From an uncultured Oscillospiraceae bacterium (lineage in GTDB: Bacteria; Bacillota; Clostridia; Oscillospirales; Oscillospiraceae): DNA of 64,000 nucleotides. The notes beneath the pieces are model-generated. The model saw only the letters and a program-made list of their open reading frames with translations, did no database searches and was not told where the DNA came from. Below, piece by piece: positions 19,149 through 29,998 of this stretch. Within the stretch, counting starts at the first letter, position 1. The number at the start of each line of letters is the position of its first letter. The position numbers were made by a program, and so were the translations under genes. The stretch spans positions 3,167-67,166 of the forward strand of contig CAYJLH010000004.1 in the NCBI GenBank assembly GCA_964370925.1, in the 5' to 3' direction.

Positions 19149-21707
19149 TTAATAATTTGTCATAATAAAATATCCTGAAGCATCGGCATTATCTGCCACT
19201 GTTCCACCGCTAGAAATAACATCCGTTTTATCTTTCGCCCTTGCAACCGCAGCTGCATAGGCATAAGTTATACTTGGACTTCCAGACATAATATCAACAG
19301 CATATCCTTCACCGACTGTATCTTTTGTGATAAATCCCTTTACGAAGTTGAGAGTTGATGTGCCATCTTCTAGTGATACCGCCGAGCCATCTGTACTTGA
19401 ATTTGATATTTCTACACCATTAATTGTCAATTCACTTCCCGAAGAAACCAAAACAGTTTTATCATCACTAGAAATTAGTTTTCCATTTCCACCGACTATG
19501 GTCACATCATTATCTATTGTCATACGTGCTTCTTGAGTATCTGATGGGTTCACTCCCAAGTCGAATGTAAAGCCTCCAAGATTTAATTCTATTTCATTAT
19601 CGATAATCAAACCATTAAATGAATCAGAGAGCGCAGTATTTTCGTATAAGCTGATAGTATCACCATCTACAGCACTGTCAAAAACCGCTTGTAGACTTTG
19701 CTCATACATGTATCCATTGCCTCTTTCTCCATCAAATCTCATTGAAATAAGGTCAACATTATTAGATAATTTAGATATTAACCCAGAAGTTTTTAGCAAG
19801 AATAATTCACCAACATTCGACACTAGGCAACCATTAAATTCAACATCACCACTGCCACTATCAAAAACACCTGTATTTTCTAGTGTCTTATCCGACAATG
19901 TAATATCACCTTTATTTATTATTGTCCCTGTGTTATGAAGTTGGACTCCGGCTGGTGCAGTCAATTCACCCCCAACTGTTAAGGTGCCATAAGCTTCATT
20001 TGTAAATCTACCAGCATTTCCAAATCCACCATTGGCTGTTACATCACCGTTGTTTACAACTGTTCCAAAGGTAGATGCAGCATTGTCTTCAAGATTTAAG
20101 AACGAACCCTCAGTTTCGACAGTACCGTTCAAAGTCATCACACCTTGGTTTTGGATTTGATTAGCTGTGATACTTGCAGAATTTCCGTTTGTAAACTCAC
20201 CACCAAAATCATTTAGAAAAACATCTGCAACTTCAATTTTTCCTTGGTTTGTGATTTTTCCTACGGAGCGTAAATCTTGTGAAACTTTTATTTCTGATAA
20301 AGCTGTATTGTTTGTAATTTCACCATTGTTATAACAGGTCATCTTGCTCGCATCAGAATTTGTAATTTCCAATATTCCGTCGTTTGAAAGTATGCCCTCT
20401 TCAACAGATAATTGATTTACAGTTAGTTTGTCACCTGATGAAATGTAAACTCTGGCTGACTTGCCAAGGCTTGTCGAACCAACATACAAGACATCTTCTA
20501 ATGTTGCATTTCCATTTAAAATAAAGCTGTTATTGCTTAGAATAAATGTTTGAATTCCAGCACCTATTTTAAGTTCACCACCATCAGAAACGACAAGTGA
20601 ACCCTCAACTTGAATTTGTGGAGTTCCTGATGCTGCAATGAATTCAACATCCGCACCCGACTGAATATAAACACCTTTTCCTGTTGGAATTAGTGCAGAT
20701 TCACTAATTGTAATGTCTTTTTCTCCTGAAATTACAACATTTTTAACACCCTCAACACTTAGCTGAGTTATTAGTTCTTCAAATGTAGAGCCTGTAAAGA
20801 GTACTGTGGGTGATACATTTCCATCGCTATCATCGTCACTGCTTCCACCGCTACTGGGTCGGCTTGGTTCTTCCTCTTCTGCGGCTTCTTCGTCTAATTT
20901 TTCGTTCTCTTCGGCCTCAACATCGATTTCAGCTTGTGCAGTTTCGACAATGGCTTCTTGTTTTTCTTCTTCCGCTTTTAATTCTTCTTGCGCATTCTCA
21001 ATTAGAGTATTCGAATCTAAACCACTTTGTTCCTGAACAACCGCTTGAAGCTCTTCGTCTTTCTCAACTTCAACTTTTACGAAAGCCGGAACTATTTCCT
21101 CTGTAAGTGGAGTGATTTCGGGCGCATTTCCGCTTTGTTCTTCGACACTGGCTTTGAAGCCCGCTTCTAAAATTTCTGTTTCGACTTCTGTTGTCCCTTG
21201 CTTTACAGAACTGACTTCAACGCGACCCGAAAGCAAAGAAACTTCACTGCCATTTTCATTCAATTCAACAAATCCTGATGTCCCTCTGATACCTGTAACC
21301 ATACTAGACGTTCTGACTGTCATGGTTTCGGTTTCTTTAAGAGGCGCTGTTACATTGAAAAATAGCTTTCCTGTTGACAGTAAAAGCTCAAGCTGTTCGC
21401 CTTTCTTTTTAACTGTGCAAGTTGTCAATGAGTCGAGCTTCACGACCTTATCATCATCAAGGCTTATATAAGCATAGCTTGAAGATGAAGTTGTGATTTT
21501 ATACCCATTATTGAGTTTCATTCCCTCTCTTGCGGTTATCGTGTTGCCTGCTGCGTTTTTTAAAGTTATAGTTCCCTCTATAACTTCAAGGCGCAAAGTT
21601 GATGAAACTGCGCTGTCCGCAGCTATAGCCACTGTTCCCAAAAGCATTGCAACTATTAGGAAAATTGCAACTGATTTGGAAGCACCGGCAAGTTTTGATT
21701 GATGCAT
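19149..21707 (-). CDS. secreted FecR-domain protein with an acidic linker and a long right-handed beta-helix region
   Basis: Start moved to ATG 21707 (MHQSKL, RBS AGGGGGAA), which removes overlap with the upstream gene. FecR-like N-domain, E-rich linker, Asn/Gly-rich parallel beta-helix repeats. Confidence 0.7.
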   Translation of the reverse strand: MHQSKLAGASKSVAIFLIVAMLLGTVAIAADSAVSSTLRLEVIEGTITLKNAAGNTITAREGMKLNNGYKITTSSSSYAYISLDDDKVVKLDSLTTCTVKKKGEQLELLLSTGKLFFNVTAPLKETETMTVRTSSMVTGIRGTSGFVELNENGSEVSLLSGRVEVSSVKQGTTEVETEILEAGFKASVEEQSGNAPEITPLTEEIVPAFVKVEVEKDEELQAVVQEQSGLDSNTLIENAQEELKAEEEKQEAIVETAQAEIDVEAEENEKLDEEAAEEEEPSRPSSGGSSDDDSDGNVSPTVLFTGSTFEELITQLSVEGVKNVVISGEKDITISESALIPTGKGVYIQSGADVEFIAASGTPQIQVEGSLVVSDGGELKIGAGIQTFILSNNSFILNGNATLEDVLYVGSTSLGKSARVYISSGDKLTVNQLSVEEGILSNDGILEITNSDASKMTCYNNGEITNNTALSEIKVSQDLRSVGKITNQGKIEVADVFLNDFGGEFTNGNSASITANQIQNQGVMTLNGTVETEGSFLNLEDNAASTFGTVVNNGDVTANGGFGNAGRFTNEAYGTLTVGGELTAPAGVQLHNTGTIINKGDITLSDKTLENTGVFDSGSGDVEFNGCLVSNVGELFLLKTSGLISKLSNNVDLISMRFDGERGNGYMYEQSLQAVFDSAVDGDTISLYENTALSDSFNGLIIDNEIELNLGGFTFDLGVNPSDTQEARMTIDNDVTIVGGNGKLISSDDKTVLVSSGSELTINGVEISNSSTDGSAVSLEDGTSTLNFVKGFITKDTVGEGYAVDIMSGSPSITYAYAAAVARAKDKTDVISSGGTVADNADASGYFIMTNY

Positions 21708-21735
21708 TTGTTTTTTCCCCCTAAAACTTTTCAAG

Positions 21736-23184
21736 TTAAATATAAAGTGCTTTTTCCCAAGCACGACTATCCGCAAACAGTCTGAATAATTCTCGATCGA
21801 GTTTTCCCTCTTCGACCATTTCTGCCAAAATTATCAGAGCTTTTTCAGGTGAAACACCGCTTTTATATGGTCTATCCAATGCAGTTATCCCCTCAAATAT
21901 ATCCAAAATTGTCAAAAGCCTTGTTTCCATGTCTAGTGTTTCACCACTTTTGCAGTCGGGATAGCCTGTCCCGTCTAAAAACTCATGGTGCGCCCCTGCC
22001 CATTTCGGTACATTTTTATAGTCACCGTCAAACCTAATTTTTTCAAGTATATCGCGAGTGACTCTTACATGGCTTTCCATTACCTGTCTTTCCGTCGCTG
22101 TCAACGTGCCTTTTCTGATACACAGTGCATCGATTTCATCCTCTGTCAGCCAAGTACATTCCTCGCCATGTTGGTTTGTATATTTACGTCTGCCCAATGC
22201 AATTATTTCCTCGAGTCGTGAATCTTCAACATATCCCATGGAATTAATTACAATAACTTGCTCTCTTGCATAGTTTAGCTCTTCTAAAAACTTTGTGCAG
22301 TCTTTCTGTTGTTCCAAGGCTTCGACCTTACCCAGAAGCGCAATTATGTCAAATCTTGTCATAATCTCTTCCAATTTTTCTTCAAGCCTTGTTCCCTTGT
22401 TCATAACTTCAAGCGGTATGACAAGTTTTCCAACATCATGTAGCCAAATACTCATCAAAAATTGGCGTCTGTGTCGCTCATCAAATTTAATGCTTGAATT
22501 TATTTCATCCAAATAGTCCATGAAAGCATTGGCATATTTAACCATATTCGTCGTGTGATGGACATTATATGGTGTTCTATGGTAAATTACAGTTGAAAAA
22601 GTCTCAACAATAGACTCCATCAAGTCCTGCATTTTTCTTGTGTAATTCATATTCGTAAGGCTTACAGCCGCTTGTGATGCCAAAGCAAGCAAAATAATTT
22701 CGCTCTCAGGGATAAATGCAATAGTCACATCATCCTCATCTTTTGCATTAATCAACTGCATAACGCCAATGATTTCGCCCCTGTCATTTTCCATAGGAAC
22801 AACCATCATAGATTTAGTTACATAACCTGTTAAAGAATCGTAACGAATAGGCCCTGAGAAGTCGAAAAGTTCACTTCTTCTAACATCAGGGATATTCACC
22901 AAACGATTTTCAAGCACAGAATAAGCGCAGACATGCGAGTGATTTAGGGCAACAGGCGGTAAGTCAATTTTTCCGTGTACGCCACCCTTTAAAATATCGA
23001 GCGACTTTGTCACCATCACTTTAAATTCAAGTGCATCATTTTCTAAAATATATATCGTTCCACCATCACATTGAGTGATGCTCATTGCTTCTGTCAATAT
23101 GCGTTCCAAAAGTCGGTCGCCGTTTTTCTCAACCGCCATTGCAATATTTAAAGCTAAAAGTCTATGGATACTTACACCTTTCAT
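21736..23184 (-). CDS. GAF-sensor HD-GYP phosphohydrolase (cyclic dinucleotide phosphodiesterase family)
   Basis: GAF N-domain. HD motif (HDVGK) and HHEFLDGTGYP. Confidence 0.85.
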   Translation of the reverse strand: MKGVSIHRLLALNIAMAVEKNGDRLLERILTEAMSITQCDGGTIYILENDALEFKVMVTKSLDILKGGVHGKIDLPPVALNHSHVCAYSVLENRLVNIPDVRRSELFDFSGPIRYDSLTGYVTKSMMVVPMENDRGEIIGVMQLINAKDEDDVTIAFIPESEIILLALASQAAVSLTNMNYTRKMQDLMESIVETFSTVIYHRTPYNVHHTTNMVKYANAFMDYLDEINSSIKFDERHRRQFLMSIWLHDVGKLVIPLEVMNKGTRLEEKLEEIMTRFDIIALLGKVEALEQQKDCTKFLEELNYAREQVIVINSMGYVEDSRLEEIIALGRRKYTNQHGEECTWLTEDEIDALCIRKGTLTATERQVMESHVRVTRDILEKIRFDGDYKNVPKWAGAHHEFLDGTGYPDCKSGETLDMETRLLTILDIFEGITALDRPYKSGVSPEKALIILAEMVEEGKLDRELFRLFADSRAWEKALYI

Positions 23185-23993
23185 ATGGAGAAAACCTCCC
23201 CTCTTTTTGCGAAAAAGCTATTTTCCATCTCGGATTTCAGCTTATTTTCCTCAAATTTGAGTTCGTCATCGGTGCGATTTGGGTCGTGGTGGAAAATACA
23301 AAGGTGCTCAGCGCCGGCTTCCTTTGCTAGTTTTGCCGTTGTCATTATACTAGAATGACCAAAACCTCTGTGAGTTTCAAGCTCCTCTTCCGTATACTGT
23401 CCATCGCAAATTAAAAGTGAGCAGTTTTTTGCAAACTCAATAAGCTTGCCACGGCTGTTTTCCGTAATTTCATAATCGGTTGAATACACCAAGGTTTTTC
23501 CGTCATAACTGATTTTATAGGCGGTACAACCACCGGGGTGTTGACCTTCCATGATTTCTATTTCAACATCGCCAATAGAAAATCCACCTGTAAGCTCTTT
23601 AAATTCAACTTTCGATGTAAATGCACCAGAATCAACCGCCCAAAGTGGAGGTTTCATCAGAGTTTCAAGTTGCTCCCTCGGCCCTCCGACTGCACGTTTC
23701 ACCGCATAAATCGTCACTTGGCAGTTTTCGTTATACAATATTCTTGAAATAGGCAGACCCAACAAATGGTCAGCATGGGGATGTGAAATCAAAATATGTA
23801 GATTATTTTCGTTTTCCTTTAGCAGAGCAGGTAAAGAAACAAAACCACTGCCCGCGTCCAAAACTATGCATTGTTCGCCAACACGCAAAAACACACATGC
23901 CGTCGCCCCTCCGTATTCAGAGTACATAGGCCCATCAATGGGAACTGAACCACGCGCTCCGAGTATTGTGGCTTCGAATTTTCGCATTAACAA
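23181..23993 (-). CDS. metallo-beta-lactamase-fold hydrolase
   Basis: HxHxDH motif (ISHPHADHL). ATGA-coupled to the HD-GYP gene. Confidence 0.8.
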   Translation of the reverse strand: MLMRKFEATILGARGSVPIDGPMYSEYGGATACVFLRVGEQCIVLDAGSGFVSLPALLKENENNLHILISHPHADHLLGLPISRILYNENCQVTIYAVKRAVGGPREQLETLMKPPLWAVDSGAFTSKVEFKELTGGFSIGDVEIEIMEGQHPGGCTAYKISYDGKTLVYSTDYEITENSRGKLIEFAKNCSLLICDGQYTEEELETHRGFGHSSIMTTAKLAKEAGAEHLCIFHHDPNRTDDELKFEENKLKSEMENSFFAKRGEVFSI

Positions 23994-24141
23994 TCTCCTT
24001 TTATTATAAATAGTATTATTTTATATTTTCAAAAAATTTTTATTAAGACCAGACAATATTTTATCATAACTCGCGAATTTTGAAAAGACGTTATGTGTGA
24101 ACATTTCGATAATTTTCGCCAAAATTCGTAAGTTTTTCTTG

Positions 24142-25653
24142 TTACTGTTTATACGTTCCATCAGTATCGACTATAACTGCACCGATACTCTCGTCCCAGA
24201 CTAGCGAAAAGTCAATAATTTCCGCTAAATCCCTAAGTTTTATGAAGTTATTTCCATTTATATTGTACGCTGTTGGCGACACAATTTCTGAGTTAAATTC
24301 GAGCTGTGAATTACTCAAAGCAAAGGATGACGGCGCACCCTGAGCGAGTGATGCCATTTCTCCACCGACCGTGCTATATTCACTGTTCGGCATAATAGAA
24401 ACCATGTTTTGTGAAGCAACCCAATTTACTGCAAATTGCTTCTCTGTTCCGTCCAGCACATAGGCAAGGTCACGCAATTTTACATAGTTATTTCCTGAAA
24501 CATTATAGGTCGGAAACTTCACAAGTTCTCCATTTACATAAACATCTGATGAAGTTGGAATTGCAGCTGTTTTAGTGAATACCAAAACAGACGCAAGCTC
24601 TCGCCCTGCGCTTGTCACAAATGAACCATTTTCATAGAGCATACTCGATGCTCCTCCGTCAAGGCTCATTGCATTTGTTGCGCCAATTGATTGTAAATAG
24701 CTTGCAATTTGTGCAAACGATGCTGTTCCTGTGCCTAGGACAACACTTCCGTCGGACATTGTTGCGACAAAACTTCTCTGTAAAACAGATGTAGCATTTT
24801 GTTTTGGGTCTGCGTCTAGGGATGCGTTGTATGAAGAGTTACCATTTACATTTTGCCCATTGTGGATTAACATTCTTCCGCCACCCACAATATCAACTCC
24901 ACTGCCCGAAAGCGAGCCACCAGAATAGCTTATGCTCGGTTTAAACTCCACACTGCTTCCAACAGAGGGCACCATGCCCCACGCAGAATGTGAACTTCTT
25001 GAACCTGCATTGAAAACAAGCAAAGCTTGACCACTTTGCAAAGTCACGCTTTGACCTTCTGAATAAGTAGTTGAAACCATACCATTTTGAATTAGATAAG
25101 CCGTTGCACCACTTCCAACTGTGTATGGCAAGGTCATTTCATCTGTTATTTTTATTATTGCCTCTGAATTTTCATTTTTTCCGTTAACTGTCCAGATATT
25201 AGCCGGACCATTTCCATTTACGTATGCTTGAGGTGTGATATCAACTCTGTCAATGATTGCCTTTCCATCTTGTGTCAAAATCAAGGCATTGTGCTCACCA
25301 CCGCCGGCGAGAACTTCCCCGTTTTGCACTAGGTTTGTCAAAATCAGTGGGCAATTGTCAGGAAAAGTAATATTTGAATCACTGTAATATGAGTTGAAAA
25401 ATAATCCGTTGACAGCTGCAACCACATTTTTGCCGCTACCTGCCGCTGTATTAATAAATTCTGATGCTGAAATGTCATGATTTACTGAACCATAGGCGGT
25501 CATAACTTCGCCTATAACCGTTCCATCCATCGGAACTCTAACAATATTTAGTGAACTACCACCTGCCGAAACTGTTTCGTATGCTGATGCCGAAATCGAA
25601 AGCGCCGAAAAGCATAAAGTTAAACCCATAAGCAAACTCAAAATTTTTTTCAT
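24142..25653 (-). CDS. secreted phosphodiester-glycosidase-like (DUF2233) protein with two C-terminal copper-amine-oxidase N-terminal-like domains
   Basis: Signal peptide. NAGPA-like core. Duplicated V.VNG..V.F..YN..GNN.VKLRDLA modules. Confidence 0.55.
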   Translation of the reverse strand: MKKILSLLMGLTLCFSALSISASAYETVSAGGSSLNIVRVPMDGTVIGEVMTAYGSVNHDISASEFINTAAGSGKNVVAAVNGLFFNSYYSDSNITFPDNCPLILTNLVQNGEVLAGGGEHNALILTQDGKAIIDRVDITPQAYVNGNGPANIWTVNGKNENSEAIIKITDEMTLPYTVGSGATAYLIQNGMVSTTYSEGQSVTLQSGQALLVFNAGSRSSHSAWGMVPSVGSSVEFKPSISYSGGSLSGSGVDIVGGGRMLIHNGQNVNGNSSYNASLDADPKQNATSVLQRSFVATMSDGSVVLGTGTASFAQIASYLQSIGATNAMSLDGGASSMLYENGSFVTSAGRELASVLVFTKTAAIPTSSDVYVNGELVKFPTYNVSGNNYVKLRDLAYVLDGTEKQFAVNWVASQNMVSIMPNSEYSTVGGEMASLAQGAPSSFALSNSQLEFNSEIVSPTAYNINGNNFIKLRDLAEIIDFSLVWDESIGAVIVDTDGTYKQ

Positions 25654-25795
25654 GACAGTTATTACCTTTCAAAACATATTGTAATTTTATTATTTTTCCA
25701 CTATGAAAATTATATCACTTTTTTTCTTCGTTGTAAACAATATATACTAGACTTTACTCATTTTCTGTAGTAAAATTGGTAAAGGTGGTGATTAT

Positions 25796-26302
25796 ATGAA
25801 ATGTACAAACTGTAATGAAGAATTCAGCATCAAACTTGACAGATGCCCATATTGTAAACAGGAAGTTATCACCTATGTTGTAAAGGAAGAGCAGTTTGTA
25901 AATCGTGGAAGAGTTAGAAATAACTGGGTAAAAGAGATGATAGACAGACCATATTTAAACGCACTTTTAGCCTCGAGTTTTGCAATTGTCTTATACAAGA
26001 GTGCAGATTTGTTTTATGTCTGGAGCAATCCTTTTTCTCTTGTTCCATTTATTGTAGTTTTATATACCCTCATATATTTCGTAATCCCATGGCTTTATTC
26101 GGATGCAATAATCCTCACAATGGCTTATATATACGAAGTTAAATACGGCACAGAAATTTTCGATTGGAAAGAAAAAAAAATTCAAATTGCCTGCTTTGCC
26201 ATACTCCCCTTCTATGTAAATGCGGTTTATATGATACTGAGCTTTGCTCTCATCATCGTATTTTTAATCGTAAAGCTTGTTTACAGAACAACGAGAAAAT
26301 AA
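25796..26302 (+). CDS. zinc-ribbon membrane protein, unknown function
   Basis: CxxC...CPYC N-terminus followed by 3-4 TM helices. Confidence 0.5.
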   Translation: MKCTNCNEEFSIKLDRCPYCKQEVITYVVKEEQFVNRGRVRNNWVKEMIDRPYLNALLASSFAIVLYKSADLFYVWSNPFSLVPFIVVLYTLIYFVIPWLYSDAIILTMAYIYEVKYGTEIFDWKEKKIQIACFAILPFYVNAVYMILSFALIIVFLIVKLVYRTTRK

Positions 26303-26362
26303 AAAACACCGCAAGAATAAAGTTTCATTAGAAATTTTGTGCTTGCGGTATTATTTTTGCAA

Positions 26363-27748
26363 TTAATGCTCTAGTTTTTTATCCGAAATTTTCGAGATTA
26401 CATTTTTGTTAATTCTAATTAGAAAAATCACACCTAGCGAGAGTGACATGAGTTCAGCAATTGGAATCGCCCACCAAACTGCATTTAGGTTTCCTGTCAA
26501 CGACAGCAAATAAGCTGCGGGTAAAAGTACAACAAGTTGTCTGCAAAACGACATTATCATACTGTACACTCCATTTCCCAAACCTTGGAAAACACCCGAG
26601 CTTGCCATACAAAATCCTCCAAACACATAGCTCAGAGCACCGACACGCATGGCAACTCTACCAATTTCTAGCATATCCTCCGACGCATCAAAGAGTAGCA
26701 ACAATTGGTCTGGAAATAATTGAAACACAACAAGTCCAACTAGCATCAAAGCTTCTGCATATAGTATGGCGAGTTTTATTGTTTTCTTAATCCTATCGCC
26801 GTTTCCGGCGCCGTAGTTATATGCAATTATAGGAATAACACCGCTGTTTAGTCCTAAAACAGGTAAAACAAAAAGGCTTTGAATTTTGAAATATATTCCA
26901 AGTATGGCAGTAGCTGTTTCAGTGAATGAAATTAAAATCAAGCTCAATCCATAAGATGTGACAGAACCAATCGACTGCATAATTATTGACGGCAAGCCAA
27001 CTTTGTAAATCGTTAGTATTGTCTTTTTATCTGGATATAGATTTTTCTTTTCGACCTTAATCTCATGGTTATATTTAATATTGAGCCAAATTCCCAGAGC
27101 CGCAGCAACCGCTTGACCTATAACAGTGGCAATAGCCGCACCCGAAATTCCAAGCTCAGGAAATCCGAACATACCAAAAATCAAAATTGGGTCTAAGATA
27201 ATATTGATTATAGCACCAACACCTTGAATAACCATGGATAAAACTGTTCGCCCTGTTGCCTGTAGCAATCGTTCGGTTATAATTTGAAAAAACACACCAA
27301 ACGAAAAAACACTGCAAATCATGAGGTACTCTGTTCCAAGTTCGACAATTTCCGTATTATCAGTTATGCTTCTGAAATAAACACCGCTGAAAAGCAGTCC
27401 TAATACTACAAAAAGCAATGAATTTATTATCGCAGTGAAATAACCATTGCCCGCAGTTTTGTTTACACTTTCATTGTCTTTTGCTCCGAGTGAGCGCGAA
27501 AGCGACGAGTTCATACCAACCGCTGCACCAACACCCATAGCGATTATTATAATTTGTACAGGGAAGGCAAGTGATACCGCTGTCAGTGCATTTTCCGAAA
27601 GTCGACTTACGAAAATGCTGTCAACGACATTATACAAAGCTTGAATTAGCATTGAAATAATAATAGGTGTTGACATAGTTATCAAAAGTTTTCCAACCGG
27701 AAGCGTGCCCATTTTGTTTTCTGCTACTGTTTTTAAATTGTTAGACAT
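26363..27748 (-). CDS. MATE family efflux transporter
   Basis: 461 aa, 12 TM, MatE repeats. Confidence 0.9.
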   Translation of the reverse strand: MSNNLKTVAENKMGTLPVGKLLITMSTPIIISMLIQALYNVVDSIFVSRLSENALTAVSLAFPVQIIIIAMGVGAAVGMNSSLSRSLGAKDNESVNKTAGNGYFTAIINSLLFVVLGLLFSGVYFRSITDNTEIVELGTEYLMICSVFSFGVFFQIITERLLQATGRTVLSMVIQGVGAIINIILDPILIFGMFGFPELGISGAAIATVIGQAVAAALGIWLNIKYNHEIKVEKKNLYPDKKTILTIYKVGLPSIIMQSIGSVTSYGLSLILISFTETATAILGIYFKIQSLFVLPVLGLNSGVIPIIAYNYGAGNGDRIKKTIKLAILYAEALMLVGLVVFQLFPDQLLLLFDASEDMLEIGRVAMRVGALSYVFGGFCMASSGVFQGLGNGVYSMIMSFCRQLVVLLPAAYLLSLTGNLNAVWWAIPIAELMSLSLGVIFLIRINKNVISKISDKKLEH

Positions 27749-27931
27749 TTATTATTCCTCTTTATCTGCGTGAAAAGTTTCGTTATTTATCATACCATAG
27801 ATTATTTTATATTCAAGACAAGAAAAACTTTTAGTATGATTACACAAAGTTTTTTGTCCATTAAGTACTTTTTAGTGCATTAGAACAGTGTGGATTGACA
27901 AAATATATTCAAATTGTCCTGTTTGGAGATA

Positions 27932-27960
27932 TTGACTACCATTTTTATATGTGATATAAT
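27932..27960 (+). promoter_or_regulatory. candidate sigma-A promoter (TTGACT, 17-nt spacer, TATAAT)
   Basis: Hexamers at 27932-27937 and 27955-27960, upstream of the XRE-cupin gene. Confidence 0.45.
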
Positions 27961-27990
27961 TCTACTATAATAAAAAGGGGAGGGTTTTCG

Positions 27991-28560
27991 ATGATAGGAG
28001 GCAAACTTAAAGACATCCGAAAAAGCGCTGGGATGACCTTACAAGAGTTGTCCGCTATGACTGAACTGTCTACCGCTTACCTTAGCAACGTCGAACGTGA
28101 AGCCACCAGTCCCACCTTGCAAAATTTGGCAAAAATCTCAAAATCTTTGAGAATTGAAATTACCGAACTTTTTTCCGGTGAGCCTTCATTAAAAGAAGTT
28201 GTGCGTAAAGATGAGCGTCGTGAAGTTTTTCATAATAATTCAGTAGCAAAATACGAACTCACAACCAATGGTTCTGAGAACATCAAGGGACTTTGTGTCA
28301 CCTTGCCCGCAGACTTTAAAGATGAAATCGTTTCCGTTGGTCATGACGGGGACGAATTTGGAATCATCACTGAGGGAAAAGTACTTGTGCGAATCACCGG
28401 CAATGAATACGTTTTAGAGCCGGGTGACTCCGTATATATCCCTGCGCATACGCCACATAACATACGCAATGTCGGAGATTTAGACGCTGTTTCGTATTGG
28501 TCATTTGTTCGTAAATCACCCGAAGCCAGTTATGTAGATACCGACCACTTTTTCTCATAA
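27991..28560 (+). CDS. XRE-family HTH plus cupin transcriptional regulator
   Basis: N-terminal HTH_3 (LQELSAMTELSTAYLSNVE). C-terminal cupin. Confidence 0.85.
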   Translation: MIGGKLKDIRKSAGMTLQELSAMTELSTAYLSNVEREATSPTLQNLAKISKSLRIEITELFSGEPSLKEVVRKDERREVFHNNSVAKYELTTNGSENIKGLCVTLPADFKDEIVSVGHDGDEFGIITEGKVLVRITGNEYVLEPGDSVYIPAHTPHNIRNVGDLDAVSYWSFVRKSPEASYVDTDHFFS

Positions 28561-28578
28561 TTACATAAAATCGAATTT

Positions 28579-28609
28579 ACAGGACTGCTTAACGCAGTCC
28601 TGTATTTTT
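28579..28609. terminator. bidirectional intrinsic terminator
   Basis: acaggactgc / gcagtcctgt hairpin flanked by A- and T-runs between convergent genes. Confidence 0.6.
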
Positions 28610-28624
28610 ATATAGTATATTTTG

Positions 28625-29998
28625 CTAGTTTTGTTTTAAATGCTTTGAATCTTCACCATACATAAGCTTCTTAAATGTAAATTTAAACATAATTGCCGTT
28701 GTTGTAACAGCGATAATATCCGCAACAGCTTCCGCCAAGAAAACAGCTGTCGCTTTGTCCTCAAAAAACATAGGTAAAATATGTATCAGAGGCACAAGAA
28801 GGATTACTTTTCGCAAAAATGCAAGGAAAAGAGAAATTTTTGCGTATCCGACCGCTAAATATGTAGTTTGGCAAGCAATTTGAATTCCAAAAATCACCAT
28901 ACCTGCAAAATAAATTCGCATAGGTCTTACAGAATACGCAAGAAGCTCTGGGTCACTGTTAAAAATCCTCACAAGTTGCTCAGGGAAAAGCATTATAACT
29001 GTACACATTACTACAGAATATGTGAGACAGATTTTTAGCATTACAAAAAAACTTTCTCTGAGTCTGTCTAACTTTTTTGCACCGAAATTGTAACTTAAAA
29101 TAGGCTGTGCGCCCTGAGTAAATCCAAACATTGGCATAGTCATAAACTGCATCAATTTCAAAAACACTGTCATTGCACCAACAGCAATATCGCCTCCATA
29201 AATTTGAAGTGAGCGATTGAAAGTGACAAGCACTAAGCTCTCAGTAATTGCCATTACAAAAGGAGCCGATCCTAAAGAAACGCTTTTTTTAAGTAAAACG
29301 GGGTCAATTTTCATGTACTGTGGCTTAATTTTTAGCGCCGATTTTCTAAACAAAAACACTGTAGCCCAAACAGCTGAAATTGCCTGAGAAATAACAGTGG
29401 CAACCGCCGCGCCTTTAACGCCCATGTTGAGTAGGAATATGAAAATGGGGTCAAGTATAATGTTTGCAACCGCACCGACAGCAACCGTCACCATCGCAAT
29501 TTTTGTATAACCCTGTGCCGTTATAAATGCATTCAGCCCTAGAGATAACATGACAAATACAGTTCCGATTAAATATGTATCTGTATAATCTTTAGCATAG
29601 CCTATAGTGTCTTCACTTGCGCCAAAGGTCATCAAAATCGTTTCCGATGATGCGAGCAAAGCAAAAGTCAGGGCAATTCCGATTATAATTAGTGCTGAAA
29701 AACATGTGCCTAAAATCCGCTCGGCTCTCTCGAGATTTTTCTCACCCATACTTATGGACACAAGTGGCGCACCACCTCTTGCAATAAGCGAGGAAAACGC
29801 CGCAACCGCTACCAGAACGGGCATACTAACACCAACACCTGTCAGGGCGAGTCTGCCAATTTCGGGGATATTACCGATATAAATACTGTCAACAACATTG
29901 TACAGCACATTTACTAATTGAGCTACCACAACCGGCATGGCAAGTCTCAACATCAATGGTCTTATAGGCTCTGTTCCTAAAAACTCTCTATTGTTCAC
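28625..29998 (-). CDS. MATE family efflux transporter
   Basis: 457 aa MatE. Confidence 0.9.
   Translation of the reverse strand: MNNREFLGTEPIRPLMLRLAMPVVVAQLVNVLYNVVDSIYIGNIPEIGRLALTGVGVSMPVLVAVAAFSSLIARGGAPLVSISMGEKNLERAERILGTCFSALIIIGIALTFALLASSETILMTFGASEDTIGYAKDYTDTYLIGTVFVMLSLGLNAFITAQGYTKIAMVTVAVGAVANIILDPIFIFLLNMGVKGAAVATVISQAISAVWATVFLFRKSALKIKPQYMKIDPVLLKKSVSLGSAPFVMAITESLVLVTFNRSLQIYGGDIAVGAMTVFLKLMQFMTMPMFGFTQGAQPILSYNFGAKKLDRLRESFFVMLKICLTYSVVMCTVIMLFPEQLVRIFNSDPELLAYSVRPMRIYFAGMVIFGIQIACQTTYLAVGYAKISLFLAFLRKVILLVPLIHILPMFFEDKATAVFLAEAVADIIAVTTTAIMFKFTFKKLMYGEDSKHLKQN

Noticed and set aside
20806-21106. S-rich and L/R-rich ORFs antisense to the acidic linker of the FecR-domain gene
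   Set aside because: Mirror-frame artefacts of a GAA/GAG-rich coding region.
21708-21776. N-terminal extension of the FecR/beta-helix ORF (MRIVVLGKK...)
   Set aside because: It overlaps the end of the HD-GYP gene and has no RBS. ATG 21707 has AGGGGGAA and starts at the signal-anchor.
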